From Yuukianura sp. NJ FZ-2021 (taxonomy: Eukaryota), in NCBI GenBank assembly GCA_046563655.1, contig CM102285.1, positions 10,168,001 to 10,232,000 of the forward strand: a stretch of 64,000 nucleotides of DNA. The letters run 5' to 3'. This document shows, in pieces, positions 10,898-22,114 of the stretch. The notes below the pieces were generated by a model. The model had not been told where the DNA came from and made no database searches. It saw only the letters and a program-made list of their open reading frames with translations. The translations under genes were made by a program, and so were the position numbers. How positions within the stretch are numbered: position 1 is the first letter of the stretch; each line of letters opens with the position of its first letter.

Positions 10898-12889
10898 ATG
10901 TTCATTAACTGTCACCCGAGATTCCGGTGTCGCCTCCAATACTCCACTATGGGCCAATGGAAGCATCAAACTCCACATCATACAAGCTCGAATTCAGCAA
11001 ATTGTGAAAAACCTCTGGCCAATCCTAACTCAAAGTCAGTTGCAATTAGACTTACGAGGTTGCCACTGCCAGTAGTAGTCCCGGGTGGTGAAGCAATTAG
11101 ACTAACGAAGTTGCCACTGCCAGTAGTAGTCCCGGGTGGTGAAGCAATTAGACTAACGAAGTTGCCACTGCCAGTAGTAGTCCCGGGTGGTGAAGCAAGT
11201 AGACTAACGAAGTTGCCACTGCCAGTAGTAGTCCCGGGTGGTGAAGCAATTAGACTAACGAAGTTGCCACTGCCAGTAGTAGTCCCGGGTGGTGAAAGTA
11301 CGCTGATTCCGAAAACGATGGAGAGACAAGTACGTCAACCCAACCCAAAGTTAGCCAACCAACAGCGGCCAACCGTCTTATGTCAAAAATCAGTTCAGTC
11401 GTCATGCACTCCAAAGAGAAAGCGCCAACAATCGCTAATACGTCCAATAAATTCCAACGGTTCAGAAGTCACGCCGAAACGGGCATGTGGAACTACTGAG
11501 CATGGGCATGGATCCAATTGCTCCCAAGCTTCTTGTTTGCTACACATGATGGAACATCAAGTTCCGAAAATACCGGACTCAGGTAACCCCGCGAGTACAT
11601 TAGACAAGCAAAACCGCAATACCGAAAAAATTTACGTCTGTAATAACGGCGCCCTCGATTTAACAAAAAAATGTCGCATAACGGTCAATTCGACCCAAAT
11701 GCCGAGTCCTAGAGAAGTTGAAGTTGCTAAAGCCATTGCTATGCTTAACACAATGACGAAACCTCCATCGCTTCCGGCTTCTTCAAATACTTCGCACGCT
11801 GTTCCAGAGTTAGTGAAGCTCCTGCAAAGCACTAATCCTTCACTTCCGGCAAATCCCGAACCAGTCCGGTTTTTCCGAACGCCAGCTCAGCAAAAGGCGG
11901 CAGAGGCACTGGCGAGACGAGAAGTCGCAGAGTCAGCTGAAAGTCGGTTCTGGTGCGGCGGGGCCACGTACAACATTGCCGGTCCATCAACAGATACTGT
12001 ATTAAAACAAACTCCTACAGTGGTCATGCTCAATTCTCTGCCAACTCCTGAACCCACCACGGAAGATGTCAATCTAGAGGTCAACAATCCCGGACAGGTC
12101 ATGCTCGATTCTTCGCAAATTCAGACCATAGAGTCCAGAATCGCTGCGATTTCTGATGAAATGACTGGCACAATGGCTAAACTTGATTTTCTGAAGATTC
12201 AAAAAGAGGCTCTCGAAGAAGCGATGTCCAAAAGAAAATGTGATGAAACGAGATCCAAGCTATCCCTGACCAGTCCGCTCCAGCGTCATATTCATAACCA
12301 GAATAGAGCAGCTTCCGAAGGAGCTCATGAAGCATTTGACCATCTCAAACCACCGCCTCAGGCGATCCCAGTTTACGAAGAACCATTTGACAATGAAAGT
12401 TATCATATCAACCGAAGAACTTTCAGAACTGTTAGGCATTTAGTTGAAGGGCATCTTCGGGGGACAATTGAGACAATCGATTTAGAACACGAATCAAGTG
12501 AACGCAGCAGTTTCCGAAAGGAATCGGAACTACCGAAGGATTCCGAAGCGAGTTCCCCGGAAAACCAACCTAGCTCCCCAAAAAACCGATCAAGTTCCCC
12601 GGAAAACCGATCAAGGTCCCCGGAAAGCCGATCAAGTTCCCCGGAAAATCGATCAAGGTCCCCGGAAAGCCGACCAAGTTCCCCGGAAAGCCGATCAAGG
12701 TCCCCGGAAAGCCGATCAAGGTCCCCGGAAAGCCGATCAAGTTCCCCAGAAAACGAACCAAGTTCCCCGGAAAACGACGAACCTAGTTCCCCGGAAAGCG
12801 AACCTCGTTCCCCGAAAATTGAGCGTGCTTACGCGGACGACGGACCTTATCACTCCGACGATGAGTACGTTAATGAGGTCGTGTGGTAA
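10898..12889 (+). CDS. Intronless orphan ORF, 663 aa, with tandem repeats, a short coiled coil and an SP-heptad tail; start codon uncertain
   Basis: Uninterrupted 2-kb ORF in AT-rich DNA. Both internal repeat arrays keep the reading frame. No recognisable folded domain. Confidence 0.7.
   Translation: MFINCHPRFRCRLQYSTMGQWKHQTPHHTSSNSANCEKPLANPNSKSVAIRLTRLPLPVVVPGGEAIRLTKLPLPVVVPGGEAIRLTKLPLPVVVPGGEASRLTKLPLPVVVPGGEAIRLTKLPLPVVVPGGESTLIPKTMERQVRQPNPKLANQQRPTVLCQKSVQSSCTPKRKRQQSLIRPINSNGSEVTPKRACGTTEHGHGSNCSQASCLLHMMEHQVPKIPDSGNPASTLDKQNRNTEKIYVCNNGALDLTKKCRITVNSTQMPSPREVEVAKAIAMLNTMTKPPSLPASSNTSHAVPELVKLLQSTNPSLPANPEPVRFFRTPAQQKAAEALARREVAESAESRFWCGGATYNIAGPSTDTVLKQTPTVVMLNSLPTPEPTTEDVNLEVNNPGQVMLDSSQIQTIESRIAAISDEMTGTMAKLDFLKIQKEALEEAMSKRKCDETRSKLSLTSPLQRHIHNQNRAASEGAHEAFDHLKPPPQAIPVYEEPFDNESYHINRRTFRTVRHLVEGHLRGTIETIDLEHESSERSSFRKESELPKDSEASSPENQPSSPKNRSSSPENRSRSPESRSSSPENRSRSPESRPSSPESRSRSPESRSRSPESRSSSPENEPSSPENDEPSSPESEPRSPKIERAYADDGPYHSDDEYVNEVVW
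11042..11296 (+). repeat. 51-bp tandem repeat x5 encoding AIRLTKLPLPVVVPGGE
   Basis: Five near-identical copies of gcaattagactaacgaagttgccactgccagtagtagtcccgggtggtgaa. Confidence 0.97.
12551..12820 (+). repeat. 21-bp tandem repeat, about 12.5 copies, encoding heptads (S/R)SPE(N/S)RS
   Basis: Units such as AGTTCCCCGGAAAACCGATCA and AGGTCCCCGGAAAGCCGATCA. One unit carries a 3-nt insertion. Confidence 0.95.
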
Positions 12890-12968
12890 TGCTTGAAGTG
12901 AAAAAGATGACAATTTTTGTTTTATTTAAAAAATGCTCAGATTCAGACATCTCTTGAACTTGTAACAA

Positions 12969-15698
12969 TTAATCTCTAGAAAACCCGACAAATGACCATT
13001 TAGTCTCTAGATTCACTCCTACTCCTGATGTCTCTTGCTTAAATATTTCTGGATACTGGAGCAACAGTGTTTGTATTTCTTCTAGCCTAATGGTTGGTAT
13101 GATTGTTTTGACAAATGACGTAATGTAATCAAGACTTGCTCCGAATGGGTGTACATTTAAGAAGGTTGAAATGATTCCAATGAGTCTTGCTTCTGCGATA
13201 TGTGTAATAGTGGTAATACTAGAAGTATTTGTACTGCTAATGCTAGTTGTGCTTGACCTTGACTTGACTGTAGAATGATTGGTTGTACTACTACTATCAC
13301 AATTAATTTCGATTGTAGATACTTTGCTTGAGTTTTGATTGTCTGTCGTGTCGGATTGCGTCGGGGAAAGTTGGGATGCTGCGAAAGTTCTGCTGCTGCT
13401 TTCACTTGCAATATTCTTGGTGTCAATTGGGAGCTCCAGTTGCTAATTAGTTAAGACAAAAATGTCAATTAGTTAAAAATTCTTCAATTTACTTGTTAAT
13501 TGTAATGCTTGTAATTTTACTCTTTGTAAAGATTGGATTTTAGCATCTCTCTGCTCCAGTTCGCTTTTGACATCAGCCTTGATCAAATCCACTTCGTTTT
13601 TGAACGCTTCGATTTGGCATCGCAAGGAATCATTTTCTTCCTGCAACATACAGAGATGCAGCTTGTGTCAAAATAGCTAAGAAACTTTCCAATTTGTAAC
13701 TCTACAAAACTTTGGAGAAAGTCAAATCTTAAGTAAAGTTAATCTTTGTTTATGTAATGTAACCTGTAGCTGAATGTTTGATTTTTGAGAATCGTCATCT
13801 CCTGTACGTCTTTTTTTCATGTTTGGTTGATCTGAAAAATCTTCTCGATCAGAGTCTGAGAAATCCATGTCATTGTCACTTCCAGCAGCTTCACCGATTG
13901 ATGACAAAATTTCCTAAACAATGTCAATCAAAATTAGGGAATCACCACGGATGTTAAGGTTTTAAAGCACGACTTACCAGCAGTTGCTTTTTCCAAAGGT
14001 CAATGTTTTTCCTCTGTGGTTTGGTAAAGTAGTCCCATGCTTTCTTATGAGAAGCTGCCAGAAAAACTTTCTCGACTTGAGAAACTGAATTTGAAAAAAA
14101 AAGTTATGAAGTTTGTTTGCTATGTTTGAAAATTAATTTGATTTTTGAATTACATTGAATCGATATGCCTTGAATTCTTTGATTAGCCAGTGCTTTCGCT
14201 TTTTTCAGTTCTTCTGCATACTGAGATTTTTCGTTGAGGAGACGCTTAATATGCGAGTTTGTCGATTGAACCATGGAGTAGAACATGGCAGAATTCCTTT
14301 TAGAACAATCTCCACGTTCCAGCCAAGTAATCAAAGTTTGGATTGATTTTCCAAAATGCTCGTTCACTATTTTCAAAGAAAGCAAGATTTTAGAAGAAAA
14401 AAAAAGAGTTCTAGGAAACACTGTTGGGTTGGGACTCGAATTATTGGCCGACCTTTGATATTCTCAGCCAAAGTTATTGCTTCATGTTCCGAGAAGTGGA
14501 CAATAGGCGGTGGACTTGGAGGTAACAATCGCTCTTGTTCCAATCTGTCACGATGTCGCTGTTCACGCTGAAACTGTCGCTGACGACACTCCCATTCATA
14601 CAAATCGTCTCTCGCCTGTGCATAGTCAACATGAAAACGACCCAAGTTAGCAGCATCATTGTTGCTCCCAATGCGAATTCGATATCCAGAAAGTCCAATA
14701 GCCCCATCCACGTAAGATTCATTTTGGAACCGGACGTGACAGAAATTCTTTTTGCTCATGCGCACAGTAGTGATTTCACCACAGTTGTCAAATACTTCAC
14801 GCACCATGTCCTCCGTCATGTTCTCCGGTAGACCACCAACAAATACTGTTCTGCATCCACTCGGCTTCTCTCGGGTTGTTGGTAACGGTGCAACTGGATT
14901 CGGTGGAAACAGGGTGCAGGATTTGCAGTGAATGATTTCTTTTGATGGTTTTCCATTGCTCAGTGACGGCGGTAGTTCTTTTGGTGGCGTTTGAATTGGC
15001 ATACTGTCCAACGGTGGCACTGAATTCTGCAGTGGGGGATGCTGCAAAGGCAGCATCGAAAGCTCAGCTCCCGGCGGGTTGGCCAGAGCCGCTGGCGGAT
15101 GGCCGTTCAAGAAGTTGAGGCCGTAGTACATGTTAGCCTCTCCAAATACTGAGGGTGGGGCAGTCATTCCCATTAAGGGATATCCAAGTCCGCCTAGAAA
15201 TGCAGCCCCGGGCCAACCTGGTGGAGCAACTACTGGGCCACTATGTTGGAGTGGCGATTGTTGGACAATTGCTGGTGACTGTGATTGTACGGATCGGAAA
15301 TCGTCGGAGGAATCGGGGGAAGCGAAGCCATGTTGCGTTGGTTGTTGTTGGTTTAGCGGAGTTGCCGGTGATTGTTGCAGAATTTGACCACTGGCGGCCA
15401 TAATTGGAATGCCAATTCCGATTCCAACATGTCCACCTACAACCAATCAAAAATCATCTTAGAGGCTTAAAGGAAGAAGTAAAATTCGAACAATGGTTTT
15501 TTTTAAGTTAGAAACTTGACTGCTGACAGAGTGTTTACCTGATGCTGGCGCAGCGACCATTCCAATTGTAGGAATTTGACCAAGCGTGATGGGAGACATC
15601 GTGTGGGCAATGACATTCGGTGGATCTGGAATCAATCAATAATCATTTAACACTTTAGATTTTGAACAAAAATGAAAATGAAATCTGAACTTACTCAT
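12969..15698 (-). CDS. ENOX: Ecto-NOX disulfide-thiol exchanger (RRM-containing)
   Basis: Exons 15698-15695, 15625-15539, 15436-14453, 14366-14154, 14084-13978, 13913-13764, 13640-13521 and 13442-12969. Motifs IIHCKSCTLFPPNP, CRTVFVGGLPEN (RRM), HVDYAQARDDLYEWEC, WLERGDCSKRN, AWDYFTKPQRKNID and C-terminal LIGIISTFLNVHPFGAS...KWSFVGF. Minus-strand AATAAA at 12921-12926. Confidence 0.93.
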
Positions 15699-16147
15699 TT
15701 TTCCATAGCTCCAAAAAGCACCAGCGGTTAAAGTACAGGGTGGATCAAATGTCAATGTCCTGCACCGCTTTGAACCGTGTGACTTGCATTGTTATTCAAT
15801 ACGCTTCGTTGATATGATCGTTGAAGGAATGAGTGTTAGTCTGTTTTAGTTTGTTCCGAAATGGCGAAGCTCTTCTAGAAAAAAAAACAAGAAAAGGTCA
15901 TGCAACCCAGTCTTCGAGCTTTCACTTCCACTTGAAGTTTGAGATAGCAAGCTTTGCTCTGTTCCGGAAAAAGACCAAACGGCTAAAATCGGAGAACTGC
16001 GCAAGGAACTTAGAAGCTAGTCTCAGCTGCAGTGTAAATATTATTCTTCGAGGCTGCCAAATTCTTCAGGAAGTACTTCCACTACTGGGTTTCCTGTTCA
16101 GTTGGTTCAACTTTTAGTTCAAAGTGATCTTTTTAGAACTCACAGCC

Positions 16148-17578
16148 ATGTCCAAGTCCATGTGCTCAAATGTGTCAAAAACAACGGGAAATGGAAAATT
16201 GCACTTGAAACTGAGGAGACTAGGAGAGTGGGAGGCTTTCATAGTAATTAACAATGAAACCATGGCTTCAATTAGTCCACTTCTACAACAAAACAAATTG
16301 GATCCGAATCTCTGTTTTCGTGGAACCACCCTCCTGGCAGCAGCTATTCACAGGAACTCTGCAGACATTGTCAAAATGCTGCTGGAGCACGGGGCCAATC
16401 CTAACAAGAAATCAAACGAAAATGATCGCTATGAACCTCCTATTATTACAGCGACGAGGCTCAAGTACCTTCATATCGTCATAATTTTAGCGGAACAAGG
16501 AGCGGATCTAACACAAACGAATTTTTACGGGTAAAAATGTGATTTGAATTATTCTGTTTACTTAATTAAAAGTAATTAAATTACTACTAGAGTTGTTAAC
16601 AACCCGTGTAATTACATGAACAAATTAATAATTGTATTTCCAAGAATAATTGGTTTCAAACGCCTTGGGTCGAGAAATATTTAATCTGAGATGTGAAAAA
16701 CTTTCACCAAGTTCGAAACACAAAACTGAATGAGCAGGGAGAAAAAAAATTTTCCCCAAAACTTATTGTAGTTAATATTTCAGTGTAAAAAAGGCAGTTT
16801 TTTTTTCGTCCAAAAATTTCATAGTTCAGAAAAAAAAATTCGTAACGTTTTGGTTTCGGCAATATTTTGTATGTATTCAACTTTCTTTTCGACTTTCACC
16901 TCTGAATTATTTCGGTTTACTATTTCAGCTTAATTGCATTTTTCGTGGAATTCATATCCAAATTCCGAATATTTTGGTGAATTTGAACCAATACTTATAA
17001 ATACTTTTTAAAAGTTGGTAAAATTGTATGAATCCTGTTATGTTTACAGAGAAGATGCATTATACCAAGCTGTAGTGGCGAATGCTTACGGGATTCTGTC
17101 TTATTTCCTAAGTACAAAACCTCATGGAAGTTGTGTCCACGCTTCCGGAAAACTGTGTCCCATGCAACGAGCAATTTTAGAAGGTGAAAGTTATGCAAGT
17201 AAGCGCAAGTGCTTTCTAATTCTCGTCAAGTACCGCTACACTTGTTCCTGTCACCTCAGTACAAACGAATCTGCACAATTTGCTCACCTCATGACCTACA
17301 AGAATCGAGCTACCCGAAATGACTTGCTCAAGTGGGTTTACCTATCTTTTGGAATCAATCTTCTCCCTTTGGGGTCAACTAAAACGCAGCTAGGCAAGGA
17401 ACTCAATGTCTTACCGTTTCAAATGGTAACACTAACCAACTTAAGTCGAATTTCAATCAGAAGCACAATGTCAAAAGTTGCAAAGGAAAGGAAGCACCCA
17501 CTGGGAGATGAAATTTCCAAGCTTCCGTTACCACCAAAACTGATCCAGTTTGTTCTTATGAGCGAACTTGCAGTGTGA
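16148..17578 (+). CDS. Ankyrin repeat and SOCS box protein (ASB-like)
   Basis: Exons 16148-16530 and 17049-17578 (phase 2). Ankyrin repeats (GTTLLAAAIHRNSADIVKMLLEHGANPN; PPIITATRLKYLHIVIILAEQGAD) and a C-terminal SOCS box (TLTNLSRISIR...ISKLPLPPKLIQFVL). Confidence 0.85.
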
Positions 17579-18904
17579 TCTCATCTTTAATAACAAACCA
17601 CAGCTAACACAATATTTAGTCACAAAAAACGATGTATTTTAGACAAAGGCTGGTTATATCGTTTGTGGTTAATGATTGAATGAGTCTGTAGTTAGTTAAA
17701 TGTGGTATTGGAGATCTTCACTGCGAATTTAAGTGCAAATGATTGAGTTTGGAGACGCATCTTTAGCTTCAACTAAGTGTTACAAGTCCTTCGGCTCAAC
17801 CTTGAAGTAGAGTTGTTAAAGTAATAAAACTTAAGTTTGTTCCCCTCATAAAGTTAGACTAAAAAGTTCTTGTCTTAAGTTGGTTCATGAAAGAGTATAT
17901 CTAAAGTTGTCGTGCTAAAAATAAATATGCAAGGAAATAAAATCTGTGCTATTGTTTTTTTTATCAAGTCGAGGTTAACAACAGAGGAAGATGAGTTATG
18001 TTGTAACTCATTTCCATAAATCGATCTTAATTCTATGATGTTTCTTGCCTCTGCGTTCCATGAGTTTCAAATTGTTGTCTGTTTTGACATTGAGGCGCAC
18101 AAAAACCTGCACAGACAAAAGTTAGCTTTTTGTTTAGTTTGCTGTATCGTAGGGGGAAAATGGTTTCACAAAAACACCGAAATGATAGTTTGGTGCCAGA
18201 TTCAAAGTTTCCAACGAAAACGTTACGTTTTCTCCTCATCTCCTCCACATTTTTTAGTTTTCATCAGCAGGGAAACTTTCGGATGCGCAGATTTTCGTAC
18301 GCCTCATTGCAGTTTCACAGATTCTTTTTTAACTCTTTTATTTTATGTATAGCAATGTGATAATGCGAATTTAAACTAAACTGACTTCTAATTAGAGCGA
18401 AAATGGTCAAAAGATTAGATCTTATAGATAATGTAGCGTGTCAACAGCTGCAGAAACTCAAAGTTTAGCTGAAAGCTCGGCTAAAAAATTCTCCGGTGGA
18501 AACTCCCAGCTCTTCAAACATAATAAATAAAGTCACTATCGTTAGGCATTATTTGACAGTATGGAAATAATCAATTAACACAATTCAAACATGTTGTTTT
18601 GTTGACAATACTTGTAACGTTTGACCCGTTTTCAGCTTGACCATCCGTGGGAAACGGGTCAATGGGTTCCATAATCCATAAGCATAGAGGTGGCAGGAGC
18701 GTCCTTTCTCCGTGTAGAGTGAAAGCGATTTGTAACACGTTGACTTTCACTGGGAAACCTGACGTGGCGCCCACACGTCTCACTACATAATCTGTCAGCT
18801 GTTTCCTCTGTTTGTGTCCCCTGCAGCTACACATAACATACAGCGGTACACGTACTAAATTAAATTGTTAAATTCTAAATTACTAATTGACCAGAGAACA
18901 CAGA

Positions 18905-19914
18905 ATGTCAGCCGCACGAGATCCCAACACAATTCTGCTGTTCGATGTCGACGGAACCTTAACGAAATCACGTCAGGTAAAATCAGAAATCGGGAATCAT
19001 TTTGAGTTTACGGAAAAATGAAATTTTACAAGGTAAATTTTATTATGATCTCAGGAAATTGACCCTGAGATGTATTCGTTTTTGATACACGAGGTCAAGC
19101 CGAAGATTATACTGGGTTTAGTCGGAGGCTCTGATTTGGACAAAATTCTGGAGCAAATGGGTGGAAACCAAGGTAAGTTATAACTTACCGATGTCGGTGA
19201 TGCTTACAATTTCCCAGGGTAAAGCTAATTGAATTGTTTCTATTCCAAAGCTATGCAAGACTTTGACTACATTTTTTCTGAAAATGGACTCGTGGCGCAT
19301 GCAAATGGTGAACTGGTTGGTACTGAATCGATCCAACACTTCATGGGGGAAGAGAAGCTTCAACGTTTCATAAACTATGCCTTGGGATACATGTCCAAAT
19401 TGACACTGCCTGTGAAACGAGGGACCTTCATTGAATTTCGTAAGGGCATGATCAACGTTTGTCCAGTAGGAAGATCCTGTAGTCAAGCTGAGCGAAATGC
19501 ATTTGGAGAATACGACAAGGTAAATGCAGCTTGTAGCCGTACTTTATCACGGCTCCAAATTAGCTCGAATTCAAGCATGCCTGATTAATACATGTAATTA
19601 CTGATGAATTCCAGGAACACAAGATACGAGAAAAGTTTGTGGATGCCTTACAGAAGGAATTCCCTGACCTCGGGCTTAGATTTTCAATTGGAGGTCAAAT
19701 CAGCTTCGACGTTTTTCCAAACGGCTGGGACAAAACGTTCTGCTTGAGATTCCTCGACAAGTTTTCTACCATCTACTTCTTTGGAGACAAGATTCATCCT
19801 GGCGAAAATGATCATGAGATCTACGAACACGAACGAACAATCGGCATCGGAGTGACTAGTCCAGAAGATACGAAGTCGAAGGTCACGGAAGTACTAACTA
19901 AACTCGGGCTGTGA
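18905..19914 (+). CDS. PMM2: Phosphomannomutase (HAD family)
   Basis: Exons 18905-18976, 19055-19172, 19251-19519 and 19615-19914. Motifs [54 protein letters not shown] and NDHEIY. AATAAA at 19987. Confidence 0.97.
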
Positions 19915-20206
19915 CCTCCACCAAAGCTTAGCTGTATCTTCAAATTGCGACTAATGAAGTATTACCAGAGAAAGTTCTTACATTTTAATAAAACGATGGA
20001 ATTTGAATATTGAATTCGCAGTTGGCGTTGGCATGCCGTTGACGTTAAGAGTTTGCGACAAAGCAACTTGAAAACATTCAATTTCATCTACTACTCAGTT
20101 CCAAAAAGCTATAATAGTTTCTTCGTAGTACGTGTGTGTGTAGATCGTTTTGCACTTCGTAGTCTAGAAGTTCAACATTGTAGGTTAGCATTTTTCTTGA
20201 TTCCAT

Positions 20207-21131
20207 GTGAAATGGTCAAAACAATTTGGCCAAAAGTGAAATGATCAGAGGTGAAAAGGCCAGAAGTGAAATGGCCAAAAAGTGAAAATATCAGAATTGA
20301 AATGGCCAAAAAGTGAAAAGGCCAAAATCTAAAAACGCCAAAAAGAAAATGGCCAAAAAGTGAAATGACCAAAAAGTGAAAACGCCAAAAAGTGAAAAGG
20401 CCAAAATATGAAAAGGCCAAAAAGTGAAAAGACCAGAATTAGGAAAAAAAATACTTTCAGTGGGTAACTCGGTTTTCTACATTTTTTTTAATACAAATAT
20501 GACCCCCTGCCACTAAAATATATTTTTTTGCGATCTGCTTGAAATATTTCGAATTTTTAGAAGATGTAAAAAATGGGAAAATACTCCATGTTAACTTTTT
20601 CTAAACAAAAAAATCCCATTTTTTGAAAGTTAACCAAACCTAACCTAAATGCTATATCAAAATTGCTTAAGCATTTAAAAACATAACCTAACCTAACAAA
20701 ATATAAGCTAAGACCTATTTTGAGAAAAAATTAACGTGTGCCCTTATAGCGAAATTGCATTTTTCATAATTTCCCGAAAATTCGAAATTTTTGAAAGCGG
20801 GCCAAAAAATTTTTTTTCATGGTCAGGGGGTCATATTCGCAAATAAAAATAAAAAATAAAGAAAATGCGAGTTACCCACTGAAAGTAATTTTTTCCTAAT
20901 TCTGGTCTTTTCACTTTTTGGCCTTTTCATATTTTGGCCTTTTCACTTTTTGGCGTTTTCACTTTTTGGTCATTTCACTTTTTGGCCATTTTCTTTTTGG
21001 CGTTTTTAGATTTTGGCCTTTTCACTTTTTGGCCATTTCAATTCTGATATTTTCACTCTTTGGCCATTTCACTTCTGGCCTTTTCACCTCTGATCATTTC
21101 ACTTTTGGCCAAATTGTTTTGACCATTTCAC
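20207..21131. mobile_element. Non-autonomous foldback/MITE-like element with long terminal inverted repeats
   Basis: About 20207-20471 is the near-perfect reverse complement of about 20868-21131 (the ORF track shows the same peptide on opposite strands). Arms are built of AAAAGTGAAA(A/T)GGCC-type subrepeats. Degenerate inverted symmetry continues inward, and the core contains AACCTAACCTAA. No clear TSD and no transposase. Confidence 0.85.
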
Positions 21132-21191
21132 CTGCTACGTTTTTCTTTTTTCGCTAATTAACTAATTTACGTTTCTTACCTACGTGACAAG

Positions 21192-21889
21192 ATGGGCGAG
21201 TTCACACCGTGGCAGCGTATGAGAGCATATGAGACGCAGACGCGAAAAATCGAAGACTACTGGGTGAACCTGGCACGCTGGAAGGTACGGATTCGGCCAT
21301 TTTTGATGAATTTTGAAATGTCTTTTTTTGAAATCCAAAATCTATTTCTAAAAAAAATTTTTTTTAGAAAAAATGTGAAAAACCTGAGGAAGGAGTGCTG
21401 ATCGCAACGATGGATGAATGTCAGCCGCATTACACGTATTTCAACAACGGAAAAGTTAATTGCTGTTGCAAAACTCCTTACGATTACAATTACCACTACT
21501 GTGAAGGCTATGACCAGAACACTCATCGATGCGACCGCAAGCATCCTCACATCTACATGCACATTGACCTTGAGGTTCCAAAAAACTAACTTTCATCTTC
21601 AATAAATTACGAAATCGAATTAATCTAATTTCTAACGTCGGTTTAATATTAGGAAGAGTATCCGTGCCGAACCGTTCCGATATTGACTTCGTCCAACTAC
21701 GGCCACCGTCCACGAATCGATACGATCTGTCCCATTCCCAAGATCAACGAAATTCGCAAATTCTATCGCAACATTGGTGTGAACCACTGCATCGATGCCA
21801 ATGGCTACGGAACTGTCAAATTGAATCCAACCCTTGCTTTCAAGTACAACAGAAGCTTTGGGTACACTTATGCCCCGCCCGTCAATTAA
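21192..21889 (+). CDS. CFAP90: Ciliary microtubule-inner protein, CFAP90 (C5orf49)-like
   Basis: Exons 21192-21284, 21368-21574 and 21653-21889 (all phase 0). EGYDQNTHRCDRKH...EEE...VPILTSSNYGHR...FYRN matches the family pattern GYDxKLHRDDREH...EEE..PVLxSSxYG. AATAAA at 21985. Confidence 0.75.
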
Positions 21890-22114
21890 GGCATCTTGTA
21901 TTACCCAAATTGAAAATGTTTAAATGCACATTAATCAAACTTCAAGTTAACTAACCGGAACGTTACTCTACTCAATGTCATATTAATAAATGTGTAAATA
22001 ACAGCGAGTTTGCTAGCATTATCAAAATCGTTACAAACTGTTAATTTCTTCGATTATTACGAAGATTACGTCAAGTTACTAGTTGTGTCTCGTCTCACGC
22101 ATGCGTTATCTCTC

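Noticed and set aside
11042..12820. Tandem arrays as CRISPR-like repeats
   Set aside because: No unique spacers, eukaryotic context, and the repeats are in-frame coding units.
12498..12896. 132-aa PRKADQG-repeat ORF and an antisense repeat ORF
   Set aside because: Alternative frames of the 21-bp tandem array.
13157..13426. 89-aa ORF as the ENOX last exon
   Set aside because: Wrong frame; the conserved ENOX C-terminus is in another frame ending at 12969.
18464..18485. Short hairpin TTTAGCTGA-AAGC-TCGGCTAAA upstream of PMM
   Set aside because: Isolated 9-bp stem with no ncRNA hallmarks; compatible with chance.
20172..21157. Twin 82/79-aa Phe-rich ORFs on opposite strands
   Set aside because: By-product of the inverted-repeat arms and their subrepeats; non-ATG starts; not a gene.
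21175..21188. RFX X-box-like sequence before CFAP90 (and at about 7792 before CFAP157)
   Set aside because: Too many mismatches to the X-box consensus to support by eye.
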